Source: an uncultured Nitrososphaerota archaeon (GTDB lineage Archaea > Thermoproteota > Nitrososphaeria > Conexivisphaerales > DTJL01). Taken from it: a DNA stretch of 64,000 nucleotides. The stretch is taken from contig CAWJIE010000005.1 in the NCBI GenBank assembly GCA_963842885.1, positions 192,001 through 256,000 on the forward strand, written 5' to 3'. Below, in pieces: positions 38,122 to 47,821 of the stretch. Within the stretch, counting starts at the first letter, position 1. Every line of letters begins with the position of its first letter. The notes beneath the pieces were generated by a model. That model had not been told where the DNA came from. It saw only the letters and a program-made list of their open reading frames with translations, and did not search any database. The position numbers and the translations under genes are program-made.

Positions 38122-40308
38122 TCAGTGGATGAGGTGGAGGACGTTGATGAAGAGCGGGATGAAGACGATTGAGAGCGTATTGAGCAGCTTGATGAGCACG
38201 TGAAGTGAAGGGCCGGCCGTGTCTTTCAGAGGGTCTCCCACGGTGTCGCCCACGACCGCTGCCTGGTGGGCAGGAGAGCGCTTGCCGCCCAGGTGGCCCG
38301 CCTCGATGTACTTCTTGGCGTTGTCCCACGCGCCTCCCCCGGTGTTCATGAAGAGGGCCAGAGGGATGGCCGACAGCGTGGTGCCGATCACGAGGGCGCC
38401 TACGGCCTCGATGCCCATGAGCACCCCTATGACGATGGGCACGATGACCGCCACCAGTCCGGGGAGGACCATCTCGCGAAGCGCCGCCTTTGTGCTGATG
38501 TCGACGGCTTTGCCATAGTCGGGCTTCCCGGTGCCTTCGAGGATCCCGGGTATCTCCCTGAATTGTCTCCTCACTTCCTCGACCATCAGAGAGGCGGCCC
38601 TCCCGACAGCCGCGATGGCCTGCGAGGAGAAGAAGAAGGGGAGCATGGCGCCGATGAAGCCGGCGAACAGGACCGCCGGGTTGGAGATGTCCACGACGAA
38701 GGTGGTCTTGCCGAAGTAGGCGGTCGCCTGTTGAACGTAAGCCTGGAACAGCAGCTGCGAGGCGAGCAGCGCCGAACCGAGGGCGAAGCCCTTGGTCAAG
38801 GCCTTCGTCGTGTTGCCCACGGCGTCGAGGGCCTCCATCGTCTCCTCTGCGCCCTTCTCGCCCGACATTTCGGCGATCCCTGCGGCGTTGTCGGCGATGG
38901 GCCCGAAGCCGTCCAGCGCGAGGACCATCCCCATCACCGCGAGCATCCCCATGGCCGCCAAGGTCGTGCCGTAGATGCCGCCCGTGAACGCGCCTATCTT
39001 GGCGTTGGCTTCACCGAAAAGGGTCCCGAAGTAGTAGGAGACCAACAGGGCCCCTCCCAGCGATACCACCGGCAAAGCCGTGGTCTCCAGCCCTACGGAG
39101 AAGCCCATGATGATGTTTGTGGCTGCGCCGGTCTGGCTTGCGTTGGCGATCCTCCTGACAGGCGATCGGTCGCGGCCCGTATAGTAGTCCGTAATGAAGT
39201 CGATCAGGACGCTGGCGACAAGTCCGGAGAGAAGCGCGAAGTAGAGATAGATTGCGCCGTTGCTCGCTCCGAACAGGATATCGGTGGCGAAGAAGAATAG
39301 TATCGCGGCGACGATGGTCGTGACCGTGAGGCCCTTCCTCAGCCCCTTCATGGGGTTCTTCGCCTCGGCCTCGCTCAGCTTCACGAAGGGCATCCCCACG
39401 AGGGTGGCGAAGATGCCGAGGGCGCGGGCGATCAGCGGGAATACCAGGAAGATCAGGTTTCCTGTCGCGGCGCTGATTAGGCCTCCGATTATCATGCCTC
39501 CGATGTTCTCCCCAGTGGCGGACTCGAAGAGGTCCGCGCCCCTGCCCGCGGAGTCACCCACGTTGTCGCCGACGAGGTCGGCTATCACAGCGGGGTTGCG
39601 AGGGTCGTCTTCGGGGATCCCCGCCTCCAGCTTGCCGACCAGGTCAGCACCCACATCGGCGGCCTTGGTGTAGATGCCGCCGCCCAGCTGGGCGAAGAGC
39701 GCTATGAGGGAGGCCCCGAACCCCATCCCCACGATGCCGCCGGCGGCGCTCCGGCCCAGAGAAGAGGCTTCGGCGACGGTCAGGGTCCCGAAGAGCGCAT
39801 TGTAGCCGCTGTAGAACAGGAAGAGCACGGACACCCCCAGAAGCGAAAGTCCCACGACGGCGAAGCCCATGGTCGCTCCGCCGTAGAAGGCCGTCTTCAG
39901 GGCACTCTCGGCGCTGTCTTGGGCGGCGGCCACAGTCCTCAGGTTCGCCTTTGTGGCGTTGTCCATGGCGATGTAGCCGGCGGCCAGGGACGCGACGGCA
40001 CCCACCAGGAAGGCCACCGCCGTGCCGAGGCCCAGGTTGGGTGCTACGGCCATCAGGACGAAGATGATCGCCGTGATGACGATGATGGTTGTGTACTGCC
40101 TTCTGAGGAAGGCGTAGGCTCCCACCCGGATGGCCGAAGCCACCTCGATGGCCTTGGGAGCCCCCTTGTTCATTCTCCCTATCTTCCTCATGAGGAGGAG
40201 GGAGACTGCGATGGCCAGCGCGCCCGAAATGGGGGCCAGCCAGAAGACGGAGGTCGAATCGAATGTAACGCCGAGGATGGATTGTGTTGCTAGCAGCACA
40301 AATGACAC
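38122..40308 (-). CDS. hppA: Membrane-bound proton-translocating pyrophosphatase
   Basis: GGIYTKAADVGADLVGK, IPEDDPRNP, DNVGD, GNTTKA, GGAWDNAKK, GDTVGDPLKDT. Confidence 0.97.
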   Translation of the reverse strand: MSFVLLATQSILGVTFDSTSVFWLAPISGALAIAVSLLLMRKIGRMNKGAPKAIEVASAIRVGAYAFLRRQYTTIIVITAIIFVLMAVAPNLGLGTAVAFLVGAVASLAAGYIAMDNATKANLRTVAAAQDSAESALKTAFYGGATMGFAVVGLSLLGVSVLFLFYSGYNALFGTLTVAEASSLGRSAAGGIVGMGFGASLIALFAQLGGGIYTKAADVGADLVGKLEAGIPEDDPRNPAVIADLVGDNVGDSAGRGADLFESATGENIGGMIIGGLISAATGNLIFLVFPLIARALGIFATLVGMPFVKLSEAEAKNPMKGLRKGLTVTTIVAAILFFFATDILFGASNGAIYLYFALLSGLVASVLIDFITDYYTGRDRSPVRRIANASQTGAATNIIMGFSVGLETTALPVVSLGGALLVSYYFGTLFGEANAKIGAFTGGIYGTTLAAMGMLAVMGMVLALDGFGPIADNAAGIAEMSGEKGAEETMEALDAVGNTTKALTKGFALGSALLASQLLFQAYVQQATAYFGKTTFVVDISNPAVLFAGFIGAMLPFFFSSQAIAAVGRAASLMVEEVRRQFREIPGILEGTGKPDYGKAVDISTKAALREMVLPGLVAVIVPIVIGVLMGIEAVGALVIGTTLSAIPLALFMNTGGGAWDNAKKYIEAGHLGGKRSPAHQAAVVGDTVGDPLKDTAGPSLHVLIKLLNTLSIVFIPLFINVLHLIH

Positions 40309-40377
40309 CTTGCTTACGACAGCCCATGTTTATGACTGTAAATAAATAGTTTGTTACAGCGTCACGGAAGAACAGGA

Positions 40378-40692
40378 CTACTTGGTCTTGAGCTTGATCT
40401 CTATGTTGACGGTGTCAGGGATCCTGAGGCGTGTCAGCTGGGCGATGGTGCGCTCGTTGGCATCGATGTCGATGAGCCTCCGATGGATCTTGAGGTCCCA
40501 CTTGTCGAAGGTATGCGTCCCCTGACCTGAAGGGGCCTTTCGAGTGACGATCCTTAGCTTCTTCGTCGGGAGCGGCACGGGCCCTCTTACGTTGATGCCC
40601 GTCTTCTCGCCCAGGTCCTTGATGTCCTTGCTGACCCTCTCGAGGTCGTCTAGGCTGGTCGATACGAGCTTAATCCTAGCAATCTGTGGCAT
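40378..40692 (-). CDS. rps10: 30S ribosomal protein S10 (uS10)
   Basis: ARIKLVS, GPVPLPTK, TRKAPSGQG, IHRRLIDI. Confidence 0.97.
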   Translation of the reverse strand: MPQIARIKLVSTSLDDLERVSKDIKDLGEKTGINVRGPVPLPTKKLRIVTRKAPSGQGTHTFDKWDLKIHRRLIDIDANERTIAQLTRLRIPDTVNIEIKLKTK

Positions 40693-40748
40693 GTGTGGTC
40701 AGCCTTCCGAAGCTTGAAGAGTTCCTCTTTTAAAGTTTGTTGGGATGG

Positions 40749-41039
40749 TTACTCTTCGATGGAGAGCTTGCCGTACTTCCCGACGTTGAGCCTCATCTCG
40801 CCGCGGAAAGTGCTTACGTAGCCGTTCTCTATCTTCAGCTTGTCGCCCACCTTCACCTTGGTGGCGAGCTCGTTCCAGAGGGTGAGTGTCGCCGTCCCGG
40901 AGTCATCCTCGACGGTGATATCTGCGACCGTGGCCCTTTCGCCCGTCTTGAGCGAAACTTCGCGCGGAGAAGAGGTTTCCTTCACCGTTACGTCGACGAA
41001 GACCCTCCGTGAGTCGGGTCTCAGCTCTTTCAGCTTCAA
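40749..41039 (-). CDS. ssb: Single OB-fold ssDNA-binding protein (crenarchaeal SSB-like)
   Basis: DDSGTATLTLWN, KIENGYVSTFRGEMRLNVGKYG. Confidence 0.88.
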   Translation of the reverse strand: MKLKELRPDSRRVFVDVTVKETSSPREVSLKTGERATVADITVEDDSGTATLTLWNELATKVKVGDKLKIENGYVSTFRGEMRLNVGKYGKLSIEE

Positions 41040-41083
41040 ACTAATCTGCGCAACTACTGGAGGAGTCCATATTTAAACGTAAC

Positions 41084-41232
41084 AAGGCACAGACGGCCGT
41101 GCCTTCCAGAGCCATCGGCATGGGAGAGCTCATGGGACGCTGAGGACGGGCGTCCCACCTTCTATGTCCCCAACAGGGCGTTGCATGAGGGCTCAGGTCC
41201 ACCGAGTTCGCCACCCCTACGAAGGCGACGAA
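41084..41232 (+). ncRNA. Candidate structured non-coding RNA
   Basis: Several GC-rich hairpins in an intergenic region, with G-U pairs favouring the + strand. See findings. Confidence 0.35.
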
Positions 41233-41282
41233 GCTTTTATAGTGGAGACAAAAACACGAATTGAAGAGAGCGCACAGGCACT

Positions 41283-42257
41283 TTGTGGGAAGAGATCGCG
41301 GCGTCCATTCTTGCACTCCCCGTCTCCTACGTCACGACCAGGTTCCTGGCGGGCTACCTGCGGAAGCGTGGTTCCGTCGTTCCCGACGCCCACAAGGCGG
41401 GCCAGCCCAAGATCCCCCGCCCTGGAGGACCGGCGCTCATCGTCTCCTTGGCGTTGTCAGGTGCGCTGATCTACCTGCTGTCGGGCGACCTCCGAGCGGC
41501 GGCGGTCGTGCTCGTCGTGGTGATTGCCGGAGCGGTGGGACTTCTCGACGACCTGCGGACCCTGAGCGGCCCGCTGAAGGTGGCCCTTCTGTTCGCGGCT
41601 TCGTTGCCCCTGCTCATCCTCGGGACGTATTCGTCCTTTCCGGTGTTGCCGTTCGTGGGCGCCGTGCGGCTTACCATCATCTACCCCTTCCTCGTCCTCG
41701 CGGCCATACCCGTTACGGCCAACACATTCAACATGATCGACGTCTACAACGGCCTGTTGACCGGGTTCTCGGCCCTGGCGACTCTCCCTCTCCTGGTCGC
41801 GTTCGTAGTGTTGGGGGACTGGGTGATGGTGGCGGTGACCCTGGCATTCATCCTCATGCTCGTGGGCTTCTACCCCTTCCACAGGAACCCGTCTAAGATC
41901 TTCCCAGGAGACTCTGGGAGCCTGGCCCTGGGTGCGGCCTACGGAGCCATCGTCATCACGGGAAGGTTGGAGGTGGTGGGAATCGTGGCCCTGATCCCCG
42001 CCGTGCTGAACTCCTTCTTCGTCCTCTCCTCCGTGAAGGGTTTCGTGGAGCACAGGAGCATGAAGAAGAGGCCCGTGATACTCAGGGAGGACTGGCTTCT
42101 GGAGGCCTCGACCGACAAGGACGCGCCCATGACCCTTTCAAGGATGGTGCTGGCCGGAGGGCCCCTGAAGGAGGAGGATATCGTGGAGACGATCTTCGTG
42201 TTGGAGGCCGTGGCGGTGGCCCTGGCGATCCTGACTTTCGTTATAATGAGGTGGTAG
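41283..42257 (+). CDS. UDP-GlcNAc:dolichol-phosphate GlcNAc-1-P transferase (MraY/GPT family, AglH-like)
   Basis: DAHK..IPRPGG, GLLDD, NTFNMIDVYNGL, KIFPGDSG. Confidence 0.9.
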   Translation: MWEEIAASILALPVSYVTTRFLAGYLRKRGSVVPDAHKAGQPKIPRPGGPALIVSLALSGALIYLLSGDLRAAAVVLVVVIAGAVGLLDDLRTLSGPLKVALLFAASLPLLILGTYSSFPVLPFVGAVRLTIIYPFLVLAAIPVTANTFNMIDVYNGLLTGFSALATLPLLVAFVVLGDWVMVAVTLAFILMLVGFYPFHRNPSKIFPGDSGSLALGAAYGAIVITGRLEVVGIVALIPAVLNSFFVLSSVKGFVEHRSMKKRPVILREDWLLEASTDKDAPMTLSRMVLAGGPLKEEDIVETIFVLEAVAVALAILTFVIMRW

Positions 42258-42261
42258 CAAG

Positions 42262-42500
42262 ATGACAGCCAAGCTCAAGATAGTGGCCACCATCTCCGTG
42301 CTGATAGTGGCTTCGTGGGTGATCCTCCTGCTGAGCGCCTTCCTGATATTCGTGGTGGTCGCCCCGATATCTGCGCCAGTCAACTCCAGTTACATCGTCA
42401 GGGCTGGAATATGACATCGCCAAGCCGCTCGCCGGCGCCGCGATCTTCGGGATATGGTTCTACTCCTTCTACCTTCTCAGGGACTCTTACACGCGGGTCA
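42262..42500 (+). CDS. Small two-TM membrane protein (frameshift near 42395; end uncertain)
   Basis: MTAKLKIVATISVLIVASWVILLLSAFLIFVVVAP, then a second hydrophobic helix AGAAIFGIWFYSFYLL in another frame. Confidence 0.45.
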
Positions 42501-42998
42501 CGGGGCCCGCCGGGACTCCCAGTTCTTCCTCTTCTCGTCAAAAACCCGACGAGAATAGAAAGGCCTAGCAGGGACCCCAGCCACGACGGTGTCGGGGGGG
42601 ACGTCCTTCGTCACGACGGAGCCCATCGCCACGACGCTCCCGTGGCCCACCTTGACGCCGGCCTTTATCACCGCGCTGGCGCCGATGGCTGCCCCGTCCT
42701 CCACCACGCAGCCGATCATCCTCTTGCTCATCGGATAGGGGTCGTTGGTGAAGACGACGGCGGGGCCTATGAAGGCGTCCTTGCCGATGACGGTCATGGG
42801 CGGTATGTAGACCGAGCCCTCGATGCGCGTGTTTGCCCCGATCTTGACGTTGTAATCGATGTGAGCGAGGGAGCCGATGGAGACGTTGTCGCCGATCTCG
42901 GTATTCGAGCCGACGTATGAGAAGTGCCATATCTTGACGTTCTTTCCAATCTTGGCCTGGGGGCTCACGAAGTTGATGACCTTGTGCGCGTCGCTCAT
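42498..42998 (-). CDS. Hexapeptide-repeat acetyltransferase (WbpD-like)
   Basis: IGKNVKIWHF, FTNDPYP, VTKDVPP..GVPAR. Confidence 0.88.
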   Translation of the reverse strand: MSDAHKVINFVSPQAKIGKNVKIWHFSYVGSNTEIGDNVSIGSLAHIDYNVKIGANTRIEGSVYIPPMTVIGKDAFIGPAVVFTNDPYPMSKRMIGCVVEDGAAIGASAVIKAGVKVGHGSVVAMGSVVTKDVPPDTVVAGVPARPFYSRRVFDEKRKNWESRRAP

Positions 42999-43080
42999 AA
43001 GGGAGTCCTGTCTGCCAATGTGCTAAAAACGTTTGCGCTCCGCAGGATGGGATCCCCGAGACAGGTCAGAAGTTGGCGAT

Positions 43081-44013
43081 TCAGAGCTGCAGGAATATGG
43101 GGAGTCCCCTTTCGCTTGAATAGCTGGCGGCCTCGGCTATCTTGCTCGTCTTGATGGCGTCCCACCCGTCGACGAGCGGCTTCTTCCCCTTCTCCACGCA
43201 CTCAAGGAAGGACTTGATCTCCGCAGAGAGGGGCTCCTGCGACTGGAGCCGGGGTATCTCCGTGGAGGTCTCGCTGTCGAGGCGCACCTCTTGGGTCACG
43301 AAGTTCACCGTCACCACGCCCTCCGTGAAAACCGCCTCCAGCCTCCTTTCCTTCTTGGGCGTGACCCAGTTGGACGTGAGGATGGCCGAACGGTGGCCTT
43401 TGAAGCCCAGGACCAAGACCGCAAAGTCCTCGAACTGGCCTCGCACCCTGCCCGTCCGAGCGAAGACCTGGAGAGGCTCCTCGGCGAAGATCCACCGCGC
43501 TGTGTCGATGTCGTGGACGGTCGTGTCCTTCAGGATCCCGACGTCCTTGACGCCTCCCCATCTGCTCTCCCTGTGGAACTCCGCTAGGAGGAGCTCGCCC
43601 ATCTTGCCGTTGGACACCACTTCCTTCATGTAGGCCACGACGGGGTTGAACCTCTCGATGAAGCCCACGGCCAGGATGCGCCTCTTCTCATCTGCCAGCG
43701 TCGCCAGCATCTCACCTTCCGGTATCGTCGCCGCGAGTGGCTTCTCCACCAGGACGTTGAGCCCCGACTCGAGCAGCCTCTTGGCCACCGAGGCGTGCGT
43801 CACCGTGGGCGTGCAGACATGCACGGCGTCCAGCTGGGCTGAGGAGAGCATCTCCTCAACAGATTTGTAAGCTGCGCAGCCGTACCTCTTGGCGTAGAAG
43901 TCGGCCTTCGATGGATCGACGTCGCAGACGGCCTTAAGGACGCCCATCTCTCCGAGAACTCGGGCGTGGTTCTTCCCCCAGCCGCCCACCCCCACGAGAC
44001 CCACGGAAGGCAT
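43081..44013 (-). CDS. Gfo/Idh/MocA oxidoreductase (WbpB-like)
   Basis: GVGGWGKNH, TPTVTH, VEKPLA, GFIERFNP, VHDID. Confidence 0.9.
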   Translation of the reverse strand: MPSVGLVGVGGWGKNHARVLGEMGVLKAVCDVDPSKADFYAKRYGCAAYKSVEEMLSSAQLDAVHVCTPTVTHASVAKRLLESGLNVLVEKPLAATIPEGEMLATLADEKRRILAVGFIERFNPVVAYMKEVVSNGKMGELLLAEFHRESRWGGVKDVGILKDTTVHDIDTARWIFAEEPLQVFARTGRVRGQFEDFAVLVLGFKGHRSAILTSNWVTPKKERRLEAVFTEGVVTVNFVTQEVRLDSETSTEIPRLQSQEPLSAEIKSFLECVEKGKKPLVDGWDAIKTSKIAEAASYSSERGLPIFLQL

Positions 44014-44047
44014 GTCGAAGCTGCTCCCCGCAATCCAATTATTAAGC

Positions 44048-45154
44048 CTATGCGACTTCAGGCGGGAGGGTCGCCCTCACGATGACCTGCCCCGGGAGGG
44101 GTCTGGAGGCCTCGAGGAGCTCACGGTCCCTGGCGCTGCATATCACGACCACCTGGTACCTTTCGGAGAGCAGGGGCCTGGCGCGTTCCCTGCCCTCGGG
44201 GTCGTAGGGGTTCCAGTACTCCACCTCGCCAAAGACCTCGCGCAGCTCGGCCAACAGGATCGAAAGGAGCCGGGCCTTCTCGGCCTTCATCTCGTACTGG
44301 TCGACGGACCAGAGGACGAGTATCCTCGAGCGGATGGCCTTCAGGCCCTTGTTCCTGACCTGGAGACGGATGAAGGACTCGAGGATCTTCGTGTAGCTGG
44401 AGAGAGCGCGCATGGCCCCGGCGGCGAAGTGGAGGAGCGGGTCCCCCTGCTGGAGGCTCTCCATGAGGAGCTGGACCTCGAAGAAACCCTTGGAGAGGTC
44501 GTCGATGTAGAGCACTTCGTCAGGCTGTATCGTTATCGAAAGGTCCCTGTAGATCGATGCCTGCACGGCCTTGTCCAGGTACTTCCTCAACGTATGGCCC
44601 ACGTAGATGAGCTCGGCCGAGTCCACGTCCGTCGTAGTCACGGGGATCCCAAGGGCGCTGCAGAGCTTCTTCGAAGGCACCTTCCCCAGGAGACCCGCCG
44701 CGGGGATGCCGCAGTCGGACGAAACAGGGGCGTAGACGTATGTGAAATCGACCCCCGGTTTGAGCCCGCTCTGTTCCTCCAGTACGCTCAGGAAGCTCTT
44801 GTTCCCGCCGATGGAGAGCGGGACGACGTTCATTACGGTGGAGCCCTTGCTGAGGCTCTGACCGACCTCCTTGAGGCGCATGAGCTGCTCCGCCCTCCCC
44901 TCCGCCCCCGAGGACTTGAGCTTGGGGCTGAAGACCAAGACGGAGCACCTCGAGATGCAATCGGGAAGCGGGATGATGGGGCTCAGGGTGTCCTCGCCGA
45001 AAAGCGTCGCCAGGATGAGGTTGTCGGCCTTCGGAAGGTGGACGGCGGTCTTGAGGCTCTCATCGGCGATGGTCACGTCGAAGCCCGCGGAGGCTAGCCT
45101 CCTGCCGACCGCGAATCCCACGTCGCTGACCCCGTAGATGGTGGCTTGATCCAA
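44048..45154 (-). CDS. Divergent nucleotide-sugar dehydrogenase homologue
   Basis: Rossmann-like start and LEEQSGLKPGVDFTYVYAP match the UDP-sugar dehydrogenase N-domain. Catalytic motifs appear to be missing. Confidence 0.65.
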   Translation of the reverse strand: MDQATIYGVSDVGFAVGRRLASAGFDVTIADESLKTAVHLPKADNLILATLFGEDTLSPIIPLPDCISRCSVLVFSPKLKSSGAEGRAEQLMRLKEVGQSLSKGSTVMNVVPLSIGGNKSFLSVLEEQSGLKPGVDFTYVYAPVSSDCGIPAAGLLGKVPSKKLCSALGIPVTTTDVDSAELIYVGHTLRKYLDKAVQASIYRDLSITIQPDEVLYIDDLSKGFFEVQLLMESLQQGDPLLHFAAGAMRALSSYTKILESFIRLQVRNKGLKAIRSRILVLWSVDQYEMKAEKARLLSILLAELREVFGEVEYWNPYDPEGRERARPLLSERYQVVVICSARDRELLEASRPLPGQVIVRATLPPEVA

Positions 45155-45325
45155 AGAACCCTTTCAGCCGCCGCGAACCTGCTTCTGGCTTCCGCCATGT
45201 GCGGATTTAACACTTTGCAATATGAAATGCGAAGCCCGGGCCCCGCAGGGAAGCCCCTACCGCAAAACGCTTTAAGGGCAGTGGGGTAACGCCTCGATGA
45301 TTCAGAGTTCGAGGAGGCCCTGCAC

Positions 45326-46372
45326 TTGAGGATATGGATGGACGCGTTGACGCCGAAGCAGCTCATCTTCCTGGACGCGATCAGGAGGAGGCTCGAGGAG
45401 CTGGGACACGACGTTTTCACCACCACCCGGTCCTATCACGACGCCGCCTACGTGGTGCAGAGGCTGGGCCTTGATGTCACCTTCGTGGGTGGCCACGGCG
45501 GAGCCACCATCAGCGCCAAGCTGGAGGCGAGCCTGCGCAGGTCGCTGGACCTGGCCAGGGTGATAGAGGGACGCAGCTTCGACGCGGCGTTCTCGTTCAG
45601 CTCGCCGGAGGCGGCCAGGGTCGCCTTCGGCCTGGGGATCCCGCACTACGCGGCCAACGACTCGCCCCACGCCCAGGCTGTGGCGAGGCTTACGATCCCC
45701 CTTTCAAGGCTGCTCTTCACGCCATTTGTCATCCCGCCCTCCGCGTGGACAAGGTGCGGGATCAGGCTGGAGGACCTGCGCCGGTATCACGCCATAGACG
45801 CGGCCGCCTGGCTCAAGCATCCTGAAAGATGGCCCCGGCCGAACGAGGTCGAGAGGGGCGCGAAGCACGCGATAGTGGTCAGGCTCGAGGAATCCCAGGC
45901 GAGCTACCTCCTGGGAGGAGACGGCGACACCTTGAAGCTGGTCCTCTCACTGGTCGATCGCTTCCCGGAACGCAAGGTCATCCTGTTGACGCGGTACGCC
46001 GAGCAGGAGAGGTTGTTCAGCGGCGTGAAAGGCAACGTGACTCTATGCACGACGCCGTTCTTCGGTGTCAACATGGTCAAGGACGCGGCGCTGCTCCTGG
46101 GCCGGGGAGGGACGATGAACGCGGAGGCCGCACTCTTGGGTGTCCCCACCGTGTCATACTTCCCTGGGATGCCGACCTACATTGACCGGTATCTGGAGAA
46201 GGAGAAGGCTCTGGTCCTGGTCAAGAGCGACGATGAGGCGATGAAGGCCGCGGGGGAGCTCATCGATGAGAAGGGAGGGGAGAGGAAGCGAAATGCCAAG
46301 GCACTCCTAGACGGGATGGTGGACCCCGCGGAGTTCATCTCGCGAAGGCTGTTGCAAGAATCGACGCAGTAG
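45326..46372 (+). CDS. DUF354 family glycosyltransferase-like protein
   Basis: MRIWMDALTPKQ, SPEAARVAFGLGIP, NDSPHA, GGTMNAEAALLGVP. Confidence 0.88.
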   Translation: MRIWMDALTPKQLIFLDAIRRRLEELGHDVFTTTRSYHDAAYVVQRLGLDVTFVGGHGGATISAKLEASLRRSLDLARVIEGRSFDAAFSFSSPEAARVAFGLGIPHYAANDSPHAQAVARLTIPLSRLLFTPFVIPPSAWTRCGIRLEDLRRYHAIDAAAWLKHPERWPRPNEVERGAKHAIVVRLEESQASYLLGGDGDTLKLVLSLVDRFPERKVILLTRYAEQERLFSGVKGNVTLCTTPFFGVNMVKDAALLLGRGGTMNAEAALLGVPTVSYFPGMPTYIDRYLEKEKALVLVKSDDEAMKAAGELIDEKGGERKRNAKALLDGMVDPAEFISRRLLQESTQ

Positions 46373-46425
46373 GCCCTCTCCCGCTAGTGCTTATTAACCC
46401 AAAGAGGAGCTGCTAGACAGCTTGA

Positions 46426-46501
46426 AGCCCGGTGGTGTAGAGGTCAAGCATACTGGCCTTTGGAGCCGGTGACGAGGGTTCGAATCCTTCCCGGGCTACC
46501 A
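46426..46501 (+). tRNA. tRNA-Gln(TTG), CCA encoded
   Basis: Acceptor AGCCCGG/CCGGGCT+A+CCA, anticodon arm CTGGC-CTTTGGA-GCCGG, T loop TTCGAAT. Confidence 0.95.
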
Positions 46502-46687
46502 TCACTTGGGATGCTAGTTCAAACTGGGTTCTATTGCAGGATGGACACACACAGGCACAAAAGGAGAATCGAGAAGCAGCAGGCTGGGCTTCTCTAATGC
46601 AATGAGGGTCCGATGGGCGTCGACTTCCTCGAACACCTCCTAGTGGAAGGCCGGCTGGGAAGGAATGAAGGGGGTGTTCATCCACGC

Positions 46688-47821
46688 CTAATCGATGACA
46701 TGGATGTCCCTCTTGGCGGACATGTCCTTCAAGATGCGGGGCCAAACGGAGACGCTGACCTCGCCTAGGTGGGCTTTCTTGAGCAACAGCATGTATATGC
46801 GTGATTGCCCAATCCCTCCTCCGATGGTGAGGGGAAGCTCTCCATTGATTATCCCTTGGTGGTAGGGGAAGTTGAGGAAGCCCAGCTGGCCGCTGAGCTC
46901 CAGCTGCTTCCTAAGAGTCTTGGCGTTGACACGAATCCCCATGGACGTCAGCTCGTGACGACGCCGGGTGACTGGGTTCCACACGAGTATGTCGCCGTTG
47001 AGCCCGTGCATGGGACGCCCGTCCTCCGAGATCGTTTCGGTGACCCAGTCGTCATAGTCGGCTGCCCGCATCTCGTGCGGGTAGCCGTCCTGCAGGACCC
47101 AGCCGATGCCGATGATGAAGACAGCAGGGTGTTCCTGAAGGATGGCCGTTTCCCGAGCCTTGCGGGGCAAGTCGGGGTACTTGGCAAGGATGTCCTCCGC
47201 GTGCATGAACGTCAGCTCGTCGGGTAGGTTCGGGTACCTGTCAGTCCCAAGCTGTGGGAAGAGCTCCTGTACATGAACCTCAGCCCCCTTCAAGACCCTC
47301 CATATCTTCCTTACCGTCTCCTTGAGATAGGGGAGGTTCCGCTGCTCCTCCGCTATCACCTTCTCCCAATCCCACTGGTCCACGTAAGCACTGTGATCGT
47401 GGTCCAAGAAGTAGTCCTTACGCACGGCCCTCATGTCCGTGCAGAGGCCTTCTCCCAGCCCCATGCCAAATTGCTTGAGGGCTGTGCGCTTCCATTTGGT
47501 GGCCGCCTGCACCACCTGCGCGTCGACTGGATGCTTGTTATGATCGTTCGACATGTGGAACTGGATGGGCGTTCGCGATCCATCGCGGTCCAGCAGATCG
47601 TTTACTCCAGACTCGACGTCCACGATGAGCGGGACCTGTACCATCATCAGATTGAGCTCCTTGCAAAGGTTCTCTTCTATGTAGCTCTTCACGGCGAAGA
47701 TGGCCCTCTGCGTGTCCTTCGGATTCAGAAGGGAATGGTAGTCCTGCGGAAGGACTTTCTCCAGCTCTTCGTAGCTCCCGATGCCTGGCCCTGCCAAGTC
47801 GGCCTTTTTGTCCGACATCAT
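46688..47821 (-). CDS. asnA: Aspartate-ammonia ligase (bacterial AsnA type)
   Basis: KWKR, HSAYVDQWDWEK, RAADYDDW, LNGDILVW, SMGIRV, TIGGGIGQSR. Confidence 0.95.
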   Translation of the reverse strand: MMSDKKADLAGPGIGSYEELEKVLPQDYHSLLNPKDTQRAIFAVKSYIEENLCKELNLMMVQVPLIVDVESGVNDLLDRDGSRTPIQFHMSNDHNKHPVDAQVVQAATKWKRTALKQFGMGLGEGLCTDMRAVRKDYFLDHDHSAYVDQWDWEKVIAEEQRNLPYLKETVRKIWRVLKGAEVHVQELFPQLGTDRYPNLPDELTFMHAEDILAKYPDLPRKARETAILQEHPAVFIIGIGWVLQDGYPHEMRAADYDDWVTETISEDGRPMHGLNGDILVWNPVTRRRHELTSMGIRVNAKTLRKQLELSGQLGFLNFPYHQGIINGELPLTIGGGIGQSRIYMLLLKKAHLGEVSVSVWPRILKDMSAKRDIHVID

